From IMG/VR virus record IMGVR_UViG_2529292906_000009, positions 3,303 through 67,302 of that record: a DNA stretch of 64,000 nucleotides; one strand, 5' to 3'. Made by a program: the position numbers and the translations under genes. The stretch's first letter is position 1. The number at the start of each line of letters is the position of its first letter. The notes under the pieces were generated by a model. The model searched no databases and was not told the DNA's origin. It was given only the letters and a program-made list of their open reading frames with translations. This document shows positions 62,081-64,000 of the stretch, piece after piece. The DNA is from a virus. Its lineage: Duplodnaviria; Heunggongvirae; Uroviricota; Caudoviricetes.

Positions 62081-62515
62081 ATGTCTGACGTCTCAACAAA
62101 CCTCTATAAGAGTCAGTTGTTGGACTATTACTATCAGCGGCGCGCTGAATCGTCCATTAACAAAGGCTCTCGATTTTTAATCAGCAAGGCCGTTTTCGGT
62201 ACCAGTTCACTGGTTACTAAGAAAGGAGATGGCACTTATGAGATTGGAGAACTGCCAAAGGCTTTCGATCTGGCAGAACTGACCAGTCAATTTTGCACCA
62301 TCAACCTCGTCCCAACCTACTCAGGCGGGATAATTACTGTCCGAATGGACCTTGATCAAAGCCAGTTGCAGGAAGGGAAAAACTACCCATTCAACACTCT
62401 GGTTGTTCTGGATAACGAGAACAAGCCAATCGCCATTATTTGTGTCCAGGAAGACTCGCTGTATGTGGGCAAAACATATACCGCAGTTATGGCCATAAAC
62501 ACGACAACAGCATAA
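62081..62515 (+). CDS. Tail-fibre-associated protein, 144 aa (P1 gene R position)
   Basis: Immediately precedes the tail-fibre gene. Confidence 0.5.
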   Translation: MSDVSTNLYKSQLLDYYYQRRAESSINKGSRFLISKAVFGTSSLVTKKGDGTYEIGELPKAFDLAELTSQFCTINLVPTYSGGIITVRMDLDQSQLQEGKNYPFNTLVVLDNENKPIAIICVQEDSLYVGKTYTAVMAINTTTA

Positions 62516-62526
62516 GGATATGCTTG

Positions 62527-64000
62527 ATGAATGACGTTACAGTTGTTACATCAGTTACTTACCCATCACCCGAGTCGTTGGCTCTGGTGGCTGATGTGCA
62601 ATACCACGAACCATATCTGTCAGCCGCGCTAAACCGAAAATTCAGGGGGATTGTTGACCCGGGATTTTATGCCGGTTTCTTACCTAAGCCTGGCGGTGGG
62701 ATGAACCTGTTAATCACCTCAGTGGATGGTGATAAAACCGCAGGCGCGGCGTCGGTGGATATTGGTGAATTCTACCAGGTAACTATTCAGCATCGTAAGG
62801 ATATTTCTCTTGCACTTAGCGCAGGTAAGAAATATGCAATTGTGCTGAAGGGAAGATATCTCCTTGGAGAGGATACCTATCAGGTTAATACAGCGTCACA
62901 TATTCATGCGGCTGAATTTGTTACCAGAACCTATACCGATTCATATCAGTTGGGAGATGGGGAACTGCTTGTTTGTACGGTGAATATCCCTGCTGGCGTA
63001 TCTGCCATTACCCAGGAGATGATTGATACATCCGAGCGTATTAACCGCACGATCGGCATTGATATTTCAGACTCTGTAACCAGTACCAGAAGTGATGTTG
63101 CGGCAAGTTCGCTGGCGGTTAAAAAAGCCTACGATCTGGCAAAAAGCAAGTATACGGCGCAGGATGCAAGCACAACGCAAAAGGGATTAGTTCAGCTCAG
63201 TAGCGAAACTAACAGCGACAGCGAAACAATGGCGGCGACCCCTAAAGCCGTTAAGTCTGTAAAAGATCTTGCTGATACCAAAGCGCCAATAGAAAGCCCG
63301 AGTCTGACAGGAACGCCAACCGCGCCGACGGCAGCGCAAGGTACAAACAGCACGCAGATCGCAAATACAGCCTTTGTTAAGGAAGCTATAACTGCACTTA
63401 TCAACGGTGCGCCTGGCACACTGGATACGCTGAAAGAAATAGCGGCTGCGATCAATAACGACCCGAATTTCAGCACAACTATCAACAATGCCCTGGCTCT
63501 CAAAGCGCCTTTGGCAAGCCCTGCATTAACGGGTGTCCCTACTGCGCCGACCGCCGCACAGGGCACAAATAATACGCAGATTGCTACGACCGCTTATGTA
63601 AGAGCTGCCATATCCGCATTGGTTGGTTCATCACCAGAAGCTCTTGATACCCTGAATGAGCTTGCCGCAGCACTTGGCAATGACCCGAACTTTGCGACAA
63701 CAATGACAAATGCGCTGGCAGGCAAACAGCCTCTGGATGCAACTTTAACCGCGCTCGCTGGCCTTGCGACTGGTGCAAACAAACTGCCTTATTTCACTGG
63801 TAAGGATACGGTAGCTCAGACTGATTTAACGTCAGTCGGTCGCGATATTCTGGCTAAAACAAGCACACTGGCCGTTATCCAATACCTTGGTTTAAGAGAA
63901 CTCGGTACCAGCGGTGAAAAGATCCCCCTGTTGAGCACGGCTAACACATGGAGTGCACGCCAGACTTTCAACGGCGGGATCACCGGGGCGCTGACAGGGA
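62527..64000 (+). CDS. Tail fibre protein (S-like), partial: continues beyond the window end
   Basis: ATG 62527 with AAGGA RBS; open frame to the end; two tandem copies of a PxxSPxLTGxPTAPTAAQGTNxTQIA...NDPNF block typical of Mu/P1/T-even tail fibres. Confidence 0.8.
   Translation, partial: MNDVTVVTSVTYPSPESLALVADVQYHEPYLSAALNRKFRGIVDPGFYAGFLPKPGGGMNLLITSVDGDKTAGAASVDIGEFYQVTIQHRKDISLALSAGKKYAIVLKGRYLLGEDTYQVNTASHIHAAEFVTRTYTDSYQLGDGELLVCTVNIPAGVSAITQEMIDTSERINRTIGIDISDSVTSTRSDVAASSLAVKKAYDLAKSKYTAQDASTTQKGLVQLSSETNSDSETMAATPKAVKSVKDLADTKAPIESPSLTGTPTAPTAAQGTNSTQIANTAFVKEAITALINGAPGTLDTLKEIAAAINNDPNFSTTINNALALKAPLASPALTGVPTAPTAAQGTNNTQIATTAYVRAAISALVGSSPEALDTLNELAAALGNDPNFATTMTNALAGKQPLDATLTALAGLATGANKLPYFTGKDTVAQTDLTSVGRDILAKTSTLAVIQYLGLRELGTSGEKIPLLSTANTWSARQTFNGGITGALTG

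Noticed and set aside
63290-63680. Two tandem copies of an approximately 240-bp block near the window end
   Set aside because: In-frame duplication of a tail-fibre peptide module inside the coding sequence, not a non-coding repeat or CRISPR.

Overview
This 64-kb window reads as one nearly continuous segment of a P1-type temperate phage-plasmid (Punavirus-like, enterobacterial host), in reverse orientation to the usual P1 map. Gene names rest on recalled similarity and synteny to phage P1; no database search or alignment was run, and many starts are approximate. Left to right: 3'-truncated pacA with the pac site, lpa, the phd-doc addiction module, humD with a LexA box, an IS2 copy, a ~12-kb leftward early accessory operon (ASCH, DUF551, Ea22-like, HAD phosphatase, lambda-type protein phosphatase, glycosyltransferase-like ORFs, VRR-NUC, TraR-like), a rightward late block ending in a baseplate-spike gene, a GT-B glycosyltransferase and the DnaB-like helicase ban, three tRNAs with tciA and a repeat-rich non-coding stretch, dmt and hrdC, a PAAR-like/spanin module, the plasmid replicon (oriR, incC, repA, incA, parA, parB, parS-like site), head/tail late genes, the lytic replicon (repL apparently frameshifted, kilA interrupted by IS200), an immI-like antirepressor region, and a late operon with sit and the start of the tail-fibre gene. 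Nine good copies of a 17-bp C1-operator-like motif (ATTGCTCTAATAAATTT) and four TGACT(T/A)-N4-TANNNT late-promoter-like sites are visible. No CRISPR array and no rRNA. The most interesting candidates are a sialyltransferase-fold paralogue pair in the early operon, two very small hydrophobic peptide ORFs, a structured RNA element downstream of dmt, a peptide motif shared between a secreted protein and Sit, and the apparent double inactivation of the lytic replicon.
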